DNA from: Macrostomum hystrix
Taxonomy: Eukaryota > Animalia > Platyhelminthes
DNA: 64,000 nt
Assembly (NCBI GenBank): GCA_950097015.1
Contig: CATNEN010000038.1
Span: 31,434,001 to 31,498,000, forward strand
Direction of reading: 5' to 3'
The notes under the pieces are model-generated. The model was not told the origin of the DNA. It ran no database searches and saw only the letters and a program-made list of their open reading frames with translations. Numbering within the stretch: the stretch's first letter is position 1; each line of letters opens with the position of its first letter. Shown here one piece after another: positions 25,141 through 36,826 of this stretch. The translations under genes were made by a program, and so were the position numbers.

Positions 25141-27887
25141 CGAAGGCCTCTCAGAGGCAATCCACGCACACAGTACTAGATGTTTTGAGATACCTATTTT
25201 TTTATATATAGTACGATCGACCAAATTTTCGGCCAAAGCTGGGCCTTCTTCAGGGTCTGTAGATTTAGATAAATCAAACGAATAAATATTGTTAAAGCGA
25301 CCGTATTGATTTTAAAGTTGGAATTGTACTTAAAAAATTATAAACGAACACGGGCACGTTAAAAATAAAACTGTCAATGCCGCGTGCAGTCAGAGTCCTG
25401 TCAAAGGTTAAAGCGAATTAATTGTTATTTATGGGGGTAGCTTGGATGGACATAGAATGTCCTTCAGAGAGCGTGAGCGTGTGTACGCTGCCACTGTGCT
25501 CAAGTCACTGCATCATTGTTTGGACTATATTTTATTATGAAATCCATTTTTTTTTCAGTTTCAATGCTGGGAAAACCTGGAAAATAAAATTTAACTTAGC
25601 GCGGGCACACTGGCATGGTCAGCCATAACCGAACGGATTTCGTGTACAATGCGTCCAGAGTGGTCCATTACGGTTCATCGCACTACGGTTAGTGTCAATG
25701 GAGTTCAGGCCAGCTGGGGTCTGAGTTTTCAGGAGATTAGTGAGTCTGAGTTCCATGTCTCTTCTCCTGCGTTGAGTTGCCTCTCTGTGCGTCTCACATT
25801 CAGGGCTGAGGTACCAAAGACCCATGAACCGTAAGTCCAGCAGGCTGTGGTCTGTAGAGCGAAAATGTCTTGAGACCGGGTATCTTTTGCCAGTCTAATG
25901 TCGCTCAGGTGGGCTTGTAGTCGGACTTTAAGGTACCCTCCTGTCTCTCCAATGTAGACACAAAGGTCATTACAGCTCCTGCATAAGATTGAGTACACAA
26001 CGTTTCTAGAGTCGCAACAGACTTTCTGGCAGATCCTATATACCATGTTGGTAGAGTTGGATCCTGGACAGATCTGTCCAAAATGGCCATGTTGTCTACA
26101 CACCCGACAGGTTTCATTATTGCAGTTGTGGAAGCCAAAATCCCACTGGCGGTCGATGAAGAAACCCAGTTGGATGAGAGCGGAGTATTTGGCGTTCCGA
26201 ATAGAGCGAATAGAGCGGACAGAATGTCCGCTTGTTTCTTAAGGATGCCCATTAGGCTAGAGCTGGCTCGGTCAAAGTCTTGCTTGTGTGTACAGCGACG
26301 GGCATAGCGTAGAAATTGGGATTTTAAAGTACATTTAAAGGTGTGCTTCGGGTGGAAGGAGTCAGGATTAAGCAAGTGGCGAGAATCAGTCGGCTTAACT
26401 TGAAGTAGATGGAAGTCGTTAGAACCTTCATATTGCCCACTTCGGTGAGGGATACACAGCAGTCAAGGAAGTTGACACATTCTTTACTCGTTCAAATGTT
26501 GGTAGAGTTGCTTTAGTTGAGTTCTGTGCCCGAAGAAACCATGAAAATGTCGTCGATATAGCGTCTGTACAGACGTGGAGTGAAAGGGGCATTTGCCAAT
26601 GCCCTGGATTCCCAGTCGGACATGAAAATATTTGCATAGGAGGGAGCGAAAGTCTTCCCCATGCTGGTGCCCTTGATTTGCAAGAAGCGACAGTTATTAA
26701 AAACGAAATCATTCTGGTTAAGATTAATATCTTGAAAGGAGTCTGAGCAGTTGACGGTCCAGGGGAATGGCGCAGGGAAATTGTTGAACGCCTCACTGAA
26801 AACGGTCATCCCCTTGTCCGTTGGAATGTTGGTGTACAGGGATTCAACATCTAACGTGACCAGGAAGACGGACTCGTGAATGTTGAACGATAAGTCGTTG
26901 ATAATAGCTTGGAAATGGTCGGTCGGTGTCACGGATATAGGAATCCTGCTCTCTCGCAATAGGTTGTAGAAAATAATCAATGAATTTCGCGCTCATGTAG
27001 CTCTCCGAACTGCAGTCCGAGACAATGGGCCTGCGAGGCGGAATGCCGGGAACGGGCCAGGTAGCAGGGTCCTTGTGGACTTTAGGGAGCAGGTAGAAGA
27101 TCCTGTCCCTGGGTTCCAAGGGAGGAATTAACTGAGTAAACTGCTGGTTGCTGACTATCTTATCCCTACGGAGTTCTTGAAAGATTTCCCTAATCACAGA
27201 ACTTGTTCTACTTCTAGAGGCAGAATCGACAGGTCGGTAAAAGTCTGTGTTGGAGAATCAAGAACAACCATGTTGCTGCCTTTGTCCGCTGGTTTGATGA
27301 CAATGCTGCGGTTGTTTTTCGGCTGGTTGCATGTTGGTTCTGTTGAAAGCAGTACTAGGAACAGGAATGTTATCGAGAGCTGCAAACAAAGTCTGGTGTG
27401 AATGCCACTTTTCAAGGCCAATGTTCGGGACGTGAGTGCGGTTTGGAGTAAAGAAACGAGGTGCATAACTACAGGTGCGGCGTTGCATCAGCGAGTTCAA
27501 AGCAATCCTCTATTTGAGATTCGCAATGGAGTCTCAGAAGACGCTCGATCCCACACGAGTTGGGGCAGGAACAAAGTTTTTTCCTTTTTCCAAAACTCTA
27601 AGCTCGCTAACATTGAGGGTGCGGCTCGAAAGATTAATAACCAGACTGCCTTCGGCCATGATAGAGAGATCTAGCTTTTTTGGTGCTTTCTGAGAGCAAG
27701 CTGGAGGGCGCTCAGGCAGGATTCATCGGTCAACGAAACTAAGACGTTTTTCGGACGTTGTCAGGTGCATCGGCATGAGTGACAAAGTCAAGTGTATAAA
27801 CACTTGCGTTAGGGAATGCCTTGCGACAGTGGTTGACGATTGTCGTTAGCTGTTTGTCAAGAACACCTTCAAATTGTCTTGTCTTCA
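25141..27887 (-). mobile_element. Penelope-like retroelement (RT + GIY-YIG), frameshifted and probably 5'-truncated
   Basis: IVIKPADKG, FYLLPKVHK, RPIVS, LDVESLYTNIP, QIKGTSMG..APSYANIFM, YRRYIDDIF, S.HP, NVVYSILC..C..YIGET, spread over several frames. Confidence 0.93.
25219..25257 (-). ncRNA. Minimal type-I hammerhead ribozyme in the PLE 3' terminal region
   Basis: GACC-CUGAAGA-A-GGCC-cagcuuu-GGCC-GAAA-AUUU-GGUC: stem I GACC/GGUC, stem II GGCC/GGCC, palindromic AAAUUU in place of stem III. Confidence 0.8.
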
Positions 27888-28080
27888 GATAGATAGATAG
27901 ATAGATAGGAAGACACTAAAAACAGACACTAAATTGACTACTAGTGGGTCGAGTAGCACGTTGAGCATTCGTCACTTCGTTTTGCGTCAAATGGCGGATA
28001 TGCTTCTTAATTGTATACATTTAAACCCTAAAAAGTTCTGGCGAAACTAGATATTTTTATAAAACATAGCCAGCATAACA

Positions 28081-29812
28081 ATGCAACCACATCAGAACAA
28101 GTCCCTGTTAATTGCAGCCCTGTGCTTGGCAGTCGGTGCCATAGCAGCTGCCGCTGTTTTTCTGTTCATCTGGATGCTGCAGAAATGGCGAAACAGGAAG
28201 CAACAGCAGCAGGGGCAGGCTGAAGCGCAAAAGCTGAAGCCAATAGTTGTCCACACTGTCCAGTTTCCAAGACATCTGCCGACATTGAATTTAGTTCATT
28301 GTGAAGAACAGCAGCAGCAGGAGCAGCAGCAGCAGCAGCTAGATCTGAAGCCCCAACTAAATCCCTGCGACCAGGACAGCTACCAACTTTTGGAAGAATT
28401 CGGACTTGTTGAAGCATGCTGCGAGACTGAGAGAGTCTGGCTGACCCTGCGTGAGTTGCTCTTGGATTGAGCTTAAGCATCCTCTCCCGTGTCTCATCTC
28501 TCCCGTGTCTCATCACTCCCGTGTCTCAACTCTCCCGTGTCTCATCTCTCCCGTGTCTCATCTCTCCCGTGTCTTAACTATCCCGTGTCTCATCTCTCCC
28601 GTGTCTCATCTCTCCTGAGTCTCATCTCTCCTGTGTCTCATCTCTCCCGTGTCTCATCTCTGTCGTGTCTCATCTCTCCTGAGTCTCATCTCCCCTGAGT
28701 CTCATTTTCCCATGCCTCAACTCTCCCCTTTCTTACCTCACTCGCGTTCTTTCTTTCCTATTTTTATCTCGCCCAGACAGGGAATTAAGAGACTAAATCT
28801 AAAATAATTTTTTTGATTTATTTACTCGTTAATCACTCGTCGAGCATCTATTTGTTTAGGTTCAAATGGAGCCGCTACAACTTCGTCACGTGATCAGTCA
28901 GTTCAGCGGCGCCTCAGCCAATCAGCGAAGCCCTGCAAAACACCCAGAGCACTAATTGGCTTGTCATCCATAGATAACGGACGCGAACTTCGGTGTCACC
29001 TGCTGAGATTTGAAGCTCCGGTATCTGACAACAGCCCGACTGTTGACATTGAATTACATGCAAGTTGGTGGCAGCCGGCTCGCGACATGGCTCGGTGGAT
29101 TCTGGCATCGAGGCCCCAGACATCCTGCTTCCACGCAGATAGAAGAAACGGTTGCTGCTTTAGCTTGGTTCGACATGCGTCAAGCGTACAGGCAATCCCG
29201 GTAATTCTACTCCGAATCGAAGCTAAAGTGCCCGCTGCAGATCATAGCTGTGTACTTCTAGTACCTTGGTCCTGTCTGAACATTGATGGTAGCACCAGGT
29301 GGCAAAGGCTACAATGGCGCCATCTAATCACGACATTCTCGTCCAGTTTTGTCAATGACAATCCAATTTGCATTGTCAACTGTAGATTAGCATTGATTGC
29401 ATCGGCAAACATGATGATACTAGTGAGAGGCGCTGAACTATTCAAACCCCTCAGTAAGAAACAGAAGTCCCCCTGCCTGGTATTCCGGGTCGACTGGTCG
29501 AGAAATAGCAACTACGTTAAAAGCGATCAATTGCAAACGAATTATCGCAACTGTTGCAAGGTAACTTCGAATTTAAACAGTCAGTTTGAATTGCGGTTGA
29601 CGGAAAATCTGCAAGTTGATTGTAATAAAGTTAATTGGTTTGAATCAGTTAGCGTCGTATTGAGCCTTGTACTGAAATCGAATGCAACTTCAACCTTGAA
29701 GGCTGACCGAGTTCTGGCTGTGGTACAGTTGAATGGTAGTATTTGGCGCAGATGTCTAACTGAAGATGCCATCGAAGTCGCCCTGGTGATGATACACGCG
29801 GCGGCAGAATAA
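28081..29812 (+). CDS. Single-pass membrane protein of unknown function
   Basis: Exon 28081-28450 (N-terminal TM, basic residues, polyQ; donor C|gtgagt) joins in phase 1 to exon 28860-29812. AATAAA overlaps the stop. Confidence 0.65.
28483..28705. repeat. 16-bp minisatellite (TCTCTCCCGTGTCTCA)
   Basis: Tandem units within the intron. Confidence 0.92.
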
Positions 29813-30679
29813 AAATAACAACAGGTTTCAAAATAGATGCTGACACATATGTACATTACATTCAGGTCAGACAGGTAAGATAGATGAAAGAATGCAGTAT
29901 TAAACCACAGTACTCAGAATGAAAAGCTGCTATTTATAAATTTTAGAAATTATAACGTTAAAACAAAACCCGGATTTGTTAGGACACAATGCTTAAATCA
30001 AATCCTGGACATTTAATTAAAAAATAAGAGAAGTCGTTACATATCTTTTGAGTAACGAAATTAACTACCCTACATGCGTCTTTATCTGTCTTTTTATGTA
30101 CTCGTATAACTACTTACTGCTTAGTAGTGTAATATGCTTTTTGTATAATATCTGACTATGCTACAAGAAACTTCACTAGTAGTAAAAATCCAGTGATTAT
30201 TACACATTGATGCAGTTGCAACTACAGTTAGAGTGCAAGCGTGGCTAAATTATATTTTAGTTTAATTCCTTAGATCATGACAAAACAGACGATCTTAGTT
30301 GTTGATAAACTTATTATTATTTTATCTGACAACGAGGCATTTCCTTGGTCTCGAAGTCGTGACAACTTAATAAAATGTGTACTTTATTGGTCAATATAAA
30401 TATATAATTTATTCAGTCAATAAGAAATGTACATTTGTCAAGAGGGGAGGCGGCCCTCTGCGTACAAATGTACACTGTTTTCCTACCCCGCATGTCAAGC
30501 GGGTAGTCCGATTTTTTCATCCACCCACCCCACAAACTTTGCGTTCTCTCTCTCCCTACCTCTATTAGTTCAGCCAATCAGAATCGTCTCGTAAAATTCT
30601 ACGCCTTAAAAGTATTAGCAACACTAAAAGCTGTAAAATAGCCAATAGCCTATATAGCGAGATAATAAATACATCCGCC

Positions 30680-30760
30680 ATTGGGTAGGGTAGTTGAGGG
30701 TGGGTGTGGCGTCCCCCAGTCCATGGACTGAATTGGTGCGCACCGCAATAGTTTTGCCGT
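30680..30760 (+). mobile_element. SINE family B fragment
   Basis: GGGTGGGTGTGGCGTCCCCAGTCCATGGACTGAA. Confidence 0.65.
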
Positions 30761-30896
30761 CTGTTGCACAATATTAATAATATTATTGTTTTTATTATTA
30801 TTATAATAAGGTCGTAATAATGACGACATCTAAAACGAATGATTCAGGTCACCGAAAACAGACTCAGAATTCTCCAAAGGGCCATTGTGCCATCTC

Positions 30897-33775
30897 TCAG
30901 CGGAACAGTGCGCTGTAGTACTGGTTGAACAGGTTCTGCTCAGCGCCGGCAGAGGCGGAGCAGTCGACAGCGTCTCCGTTGGCCGGCTTGCAAAGTCGGC
31001 GATAGCCCAGCGCTCTCGGACCATAGAGCTCGGCAGCGCAGCACTGACTCGGTGGACAGTCGCCGTTCACCGTGCAGGCGTCACCATTCTGACCGCCGCC
31101 GCCGCCGCCGCTGCCGCTGCCGCCTCCGCCGATGACGACGTTCTTGATGCTGTACTCGTCTGGCTCAGTCAATAGGCGGGCCTTGGTTGGCGTACAGCGG
31201 CCGAAAGCGGCTAAAAATAAGATTCGGTTAGGTTGTGTGCCAAGAGGAATAGTGCGAATGCGATAAAGCAAACTGGTACTACTTATAGTAACGAGCATGT
31301 TGGGGGTCGGTGGCTAAGCGGTTAACGCGTTTGCCTCTCGCACCAAGGTCCCTGAGCTCGATTCTGTGGTGATGCCACATTCATTTGGGGCGCAGCCGCT
31401 GAGAGAAGGCTTGGAGGCTTGTCGTGCAATTGACGCCCATGAGGGCCAACCTCCAAGGCACAGTGAGAGTGTACACTGTCTGATGACGAGAAAGTCAGAG
31501 CAGATGTACACACCTGTGTGAGCGTGTGTCTGCGTTCGGTATCTGAGTGTGCTCAGGAGTCAGCAGAATAGGCAGAATTGCCTCCTCGCTGGCTGCGGGT
31601 CCAGTGTCACCAAATGGTGTGCCGTTTCCCGCAGCCCTCCTTCAAACATTATTAGTATTATTAACGAGCATATATTAATAAAAAAGCAAATTTCCTAATG
31701 TAAATTATCCGGAATTTCAATTTCCGAAATACACGAAATCTAAAATTTACTGTTCTGAAAATTCCCTATACAACTGAAATTTGTCTTTAAGGAAGAAAAC
31801 ATTTATATAGCAGAAAATTTGTGGTTAATTCAGGCTTAAAAAACAACAGTTTTCTTCCAACGCCAATAAGGATTGCCGCACAAACTCGTTCATGCGAGAA
31901 ACTCACTGCAGTTTTAGTTTTCCGTTTTGTTTAAATAATACAAGAAATTTTCAACTTTCGGCAATTTTTTAACCGCATCCTCTTAAATGCTTGGCTGGCG
32001 TGACAGTTGTAGGGCTTCGGTTATGCATTGAGCTACTCTCGCGTAACTTTTGTTTACCGACTGGTCTGCTTCATTCATCGCAAGGGGACGTCAGTGGCCT
32101 GTGGCCTGAGATTCAACAGAGAATGGAACGAGAGGCCGAGATGGAAAGAATGACGATGGAAACCCTGCCCGAGCTAGGAATGGAGGACGTGGATGAACTT
32201 CTGAAGGTATACGAAGACTCTGCCATTGAGAATTTGGTTCAGGAGATGGATAAAGATAGCAGTAAAAATATAATCGACAAGTGGAAAACTGTCTATCTGA
32301 CTATCTACCAATTGCGACGTTATTCTTGTTACTGTAATACATTTTCATGCCGAGAGCATCCGTAATTGTGGTCCTCATTTGCCGCCTATATTTGTCTGTG
32401 TTTATGCCATGTTTGTTACACAATCAATAGTGCAAATATATATGTCAGAAACGCGTGACTGCTTCCTCACGCAGAGAAAAGACAACTTTGTGCCATAGAC
32501 AAAACGTGAGTCGCAGAATTCATTAATGACCACTGAGAGCGGTTTTAAATTGCTATTAGAGGTCAAACTATTTAATTATTCGATTTCGATACTCATTTGT
32601 TATAATGATGAGTTTTTCGCGCTTAAATGTCACTTTAATTAGTTTTCGCTTCGTTACTCCGGCAACGTAGGTTTTTAAGTAGCTAAATTTGTGTGAGATG
32701 ATTATATTTGCGATGGAAAGGAACGATCTAAAAGAATCTAATAATCTGCTTCTGCATCATAAAACTTGCCATCCTCGTCTTCGTTATTACAACGACTACA
32801 TTTTTTTTGTTTTATCAGAGTTACCACTTTGAGGAATTCCCCAATATTCAGGGATTTACTACCCTGAGGAATTCCCCATTTTCAGAGAGTTACCACTCTG
32901 AGGGATTCCCCATTTTCAGAGAGTTACCACTTTGAGGGATTCCCCAATATTCAGGGATTTACTACCCTGAGGGATTCCCCATTTTCAGAGAGTTACCACT
33001 CTGAGGGATTCCCCATTTTCAGAGAGTTACCACTCTGAGGGATTCCCCATTTTCAGAGAGTTACCACCCTGAGGGATTCCCCATTTTCAGAGAGTTACCA
33101 CCCTGAGGGATTCCTCATTTTCAGAGAGTTACCACTCTGAGGGATTCCCCATTTTCAGAGAGTTACCACCCTGAGGGATTCCACAATTTTCAGAGAGTTA
33201 CCATTTTGAGGGATTCCCCATTTTCAGCTAGTTACCACTTTGAGGGATTCCCCATATTCAAGGAGTTACCACTCTGAGGGATTCCCCATTTTCTGAGAGT
33301 AACCACCCTGAGGAATTCCTTATTTTCTGAGAGTTACTACCCTGAGGAATTCCCCATTTTCAGAGAGTTACCACTTTGAGGGATTCCCCATATTCAAGGA
33401 GTTACCACTCTGAGGGATTCCCCATTTTCAGAGAGTTACCACTTTGAGGGATTCCCCATATTCAAGGAGTTACCACTCTGAGGGATTCCCCATTTTCAGA
33501 GAGTTACCACTCTGAGGGATCGCCCATATTTAGGGAATTATACCACTCTGTTGGATTTCCCATTCTTTTGGATTTCTCACCACAAGATTTTCTAGTCTTG
33601 AAATATTTTCTATTCTGCTCTAGACTGCTTCACACCTTAGGGATACATGACACAATGTTGGTCGCTAGTTCCACTTCAGAGACCGAGGCAAGAACTCACC
33701 CTGGCTAGCCTTCTGGCAGCTGTAATCAGCGCAACAGGCGTCTTCGGTGTAGCACAACCCGCCGTCTCGTTCGCA
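30897..33775 (-). CDS. Cys-rich, probably secreted protein (knottin-like + colipase/prokineticin-like Cys patterns); 5' end unresolved
   Basis: Exon 33775-33700 CERDGGLCYTEDACCADYSCQKASQ (donor G|gtgagt) joins in phase 1 to exon 31210-30897 AAFGRCTP..GQNGDACTVNGDCPPSQCC..RLCKP..DC. Confidence 0.7.
31303..31660 (+). mobile_element. SINE family A, most complete copy (tRNA-derived head)
   Basis: A-box-like TGGCTAAGCGG, B-box-like GAGCTCGATTC, structured body, ATT-rich tail; five copies in the window. Confidence 0.82.
32815..33560. repeat. 35-bp minisatellite (TCAGAGAGTTACCACTCTGAGGGATTCCCCATTTT)
   Basis: Tandem units visible. Confidence 0.95.
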
Positions 33776-34309
33776 CTGTGAAAAAAAACAGGAAAATAAT
33801 AAAATACGTTTTCTTTCTTTTCAGTAAAGCATTGCAAAACTGGAAAAAGTACAACTGCATTAGAGCTGCTTCTGACAATTTAAGAAGAAATAAAAATGAC
33901 GCCTCAGACCAGTTGGGCCAGATGTGCAAATATTTCTGTTGGGCTGAAAAATTCTACTATTCGATAATGATAATAAGCTACCTGTGCGTGTGTCTCCGTC
34001 GACAAATAGATGATTTTAGAGACGACAAGAGAATCATGTTAAGGTAACAGTCAATTAGTAGACTATGCGGAGATTATGCGGAGCGGAATAGATGATAAAT
34101 CATTTTCTGTCAACCTAGCTTTCCTTAAGGCCAATAGAAGCCATCAGGGCGTATAAACTCACTTACTGACGGTAAACAATTATCATTAAGTGACACTTGT
34201 AGATTATTTGTCGGTAAAAATGCTAATTGTAATTCCGGCTTCTTGTTTTCTTATGGCTTTAATGCGTTCATAGATTTAGATAAGTGAAACGCGCTGCGAT
34301 TCTAATTTT

Positions 34310-35430
34310 ATGTTTTTTGCCTCGTTTCTTAGAAAATTCAGGTTTCTTGCTTCGATTCTTAGATAAATCGGATTTATTGCTTCAATTCTTAGATAATTCG
34401 GGTTTCTTGCTTCGATTCTTAGGAAATTCGAGTTTCTTGCTTCGATTCTTAGGAAATTCAAGTTTCTTGCTTCGATTCTTAGGAAATTCGAGTTTCTTGC
34501 TTCGATTCTTAGGAAATTCGGGTTTCTTGCTTCGATTCTTAGGAAATTCGGGTTTCTTGCTTCGATTCTTAGGAAATTCGGGTTTCTTGCTTCGATTCTT
34601 AGATAATTCGGGTTTATTGCTTCGATTCTAAGATAATTCGGATTTATTGCTTCGATTCTTAGATAATTCGGATTTATTGCTTCGATTCTAAGATAATTCG
34701 GATTTATTGCTCCGATTCTAAGATAATTCGGATTTATTGCTTCGACTCATAAAAAATTCAGGTTTCGTGCTGGAAATTCTCGTTAATTCAGATCCCTTGC
34801 AGAGATTCCTAGTTGATTATGTTTTCTAGTTACGATTTCTATTTGATTAGGTAACATGCTGTGATTTCTAGATATTTAAAGGTTTCTTGCTGCGATTCCT
34901 AGTTTATTAGGTTACGTGCTGCGATTCCTAGTGATTTTCAAGTTTCTTGCTGCGATTCCTAGTGATTTTCAAGTTTCTTGCTGCGATTCCTAGTCATTTT
35001 CAAGTCTCTTGCTGCGATCCCTAGTCATTTTCAAGTCTCTTGATGCGATTCCTAGTCATTTTCAAGTTTCTTGCTGCGATTCCTAGTCATTTTCAAGTTT
35101 CTTGCTGTGATTCCTAATCATTTTCAAGTTTCTTGCTGTGATTCCTAATCATTTTCAAGTTTCTTGCTGTGATTCCTAGTCATTTTCAAGTTTCTTGCTG
35201 CGATTCCTAATCATTTTCAAGTTTCTTGCTGCGATTCCTAGTCATTTTCAAGTTTCTTGCTGCGATTCCTAGTCATTTTCAAGTTTCTTGCTGCGATTCC
35301 TAATCATTTTTAAGTTTCTTGCTGCGATTCCTAGCTATTTTCAAGTTTCTTGCTGTGATTCCTAGCTATTTTCAAGTTTCTTGCTGCGATTCCTAGCTAT
35401 TTTCAAGTTTCTTGCTGTGATTCCTAGTTC
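34310..35430. repeat. Two related adjacent minisatellites: 30 bp (34310-34760) and 31 bp (34880-35430)
   Basis: Both share the TTTCTTGCT.CGATTC.TAG core. Confidence 0.93.
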
Positions 35431-36826
35431 GTTTAAGGCTTCTTAAATTAAGAAAGGGCCATAGACTCCCTCTCGTGCCACACTGCAATGATTTTTCAAT
35501 CAAGCGAGATCGAATTGATATCGAAGTCTGTCAGCTGATTTCTGATCGCCGATCTGTCCAAAGCACTATCCTAGTCTAGATTTTTTAATATTAAGTTCTG
35601 CTGACAGGGGAAAAAAATCAGATGAGAATGAGTTGTAGGCGCAATATTTCAAATTAGAAATATATTGAAGGTCTCCGTCCGCTTTGTTAATCTCAAGAGC
35701 ATAAAAGACCGATATTTCATAAAGATCTACCAGCTCCCATTGAGTAAGTGACGGGAGTGAGAAATTATTGCTGGACGGAAGAATGGGTTTTTTAAATAAT
35801 ACTCTCATAATTTCTGTTCATGCCAGCGCCACTTGAGATTATCGACGGGTGAAGTCCTCAGTCGGCCATGTTATGAAATTGTCCCAAGCACATGTACACC
35901 ACACATTTCGCAATCAATTCTCAGAATCTTGTAATTCCCAAAATCTAGGAATTTTCAAAATCGATAAAGTCTCAAAAAATTGAATTCTTAAAATCGATAA
36001 ATTCTTACAGAAACTGTTTTATTTAAATCTACTAATTCTTGAAATCTTTGAACTAATAAAATCGGCGAATTCTAAGAAATCGGTGAATCCTAAGAAATCG
36101 GCGAATTCTACCCTAGTCCATGCTAACGTTAGGACTAACGTTTGCTTCTCGTTATTTATAAGATTTTTATGTAACGTTAATGCGGTAACTAAAAATTAAC
36201 AATAATTCCAAACTGTAAAATCAATTTTTAGTCTAATAACTTAATAGATAATAATTTAGTTATTATTTTAATTTGGAGATTTAGGCAGAAATAAAAAAAG
36301 TTGCAAAAGAAATATGAATTTTCTTATAATACAAAAATCAAGATGGCCGTCAATGAAATTTTAAATTAAATCCTTATTGAACTAGCGGAATATTCTATTA
36401 TATTCTATAATCTAGATATTCAGCTACAAAAACTAAAAATATAGACAGATAGTTTAAGAAAAATGTTTATGTTATCGTTATTTGTAAATGTAAATGTTAT
36501 TTTATAACATAATTTTATAAAATGTTATTTTTGTTTTAGGCAATGAAATAAAATCTGTTGAAATAATTATTTTGTCTAAATAACTGTTTGCCCTATTGTA
36601 GCCAGTGTCTATATAGTATGTTAATATCTATTATGTTAGTATTATTTTCTATCTATTATTTATATCTAAAGCAACTTTTTATATGTAGCTTATTCATATT
36701 ACTAAATAAATTTAACTTAGGCCTAACAGTTGGCACCTTAGTACAATCATCATAATATTTTTTCAATGTGATAGACATTGTAAGATTGATTTAAAACAAT
36801 TGACTAATTTTGAATTCCAGATGTAA

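Noticed and set aside
30425-30475. Short inverted repeat TGTACATTTGT..ACAAATGTACA
   Set aside because: Single small hairpin with no TSD or second copy; cannot be assigned.
31480-31500. CTGATGA..GAAA in SINE A as a hammerhead core
   Set aside because: Only 3 nt between the core boxes and no stem III/NUH geometry; a simple hairpin explains the sequence better.
31991-32365. 124-aa acidic ORF antisense within the Cys-rich gene intron
   Set aside because: No recognisable domain or supporting splice structure.
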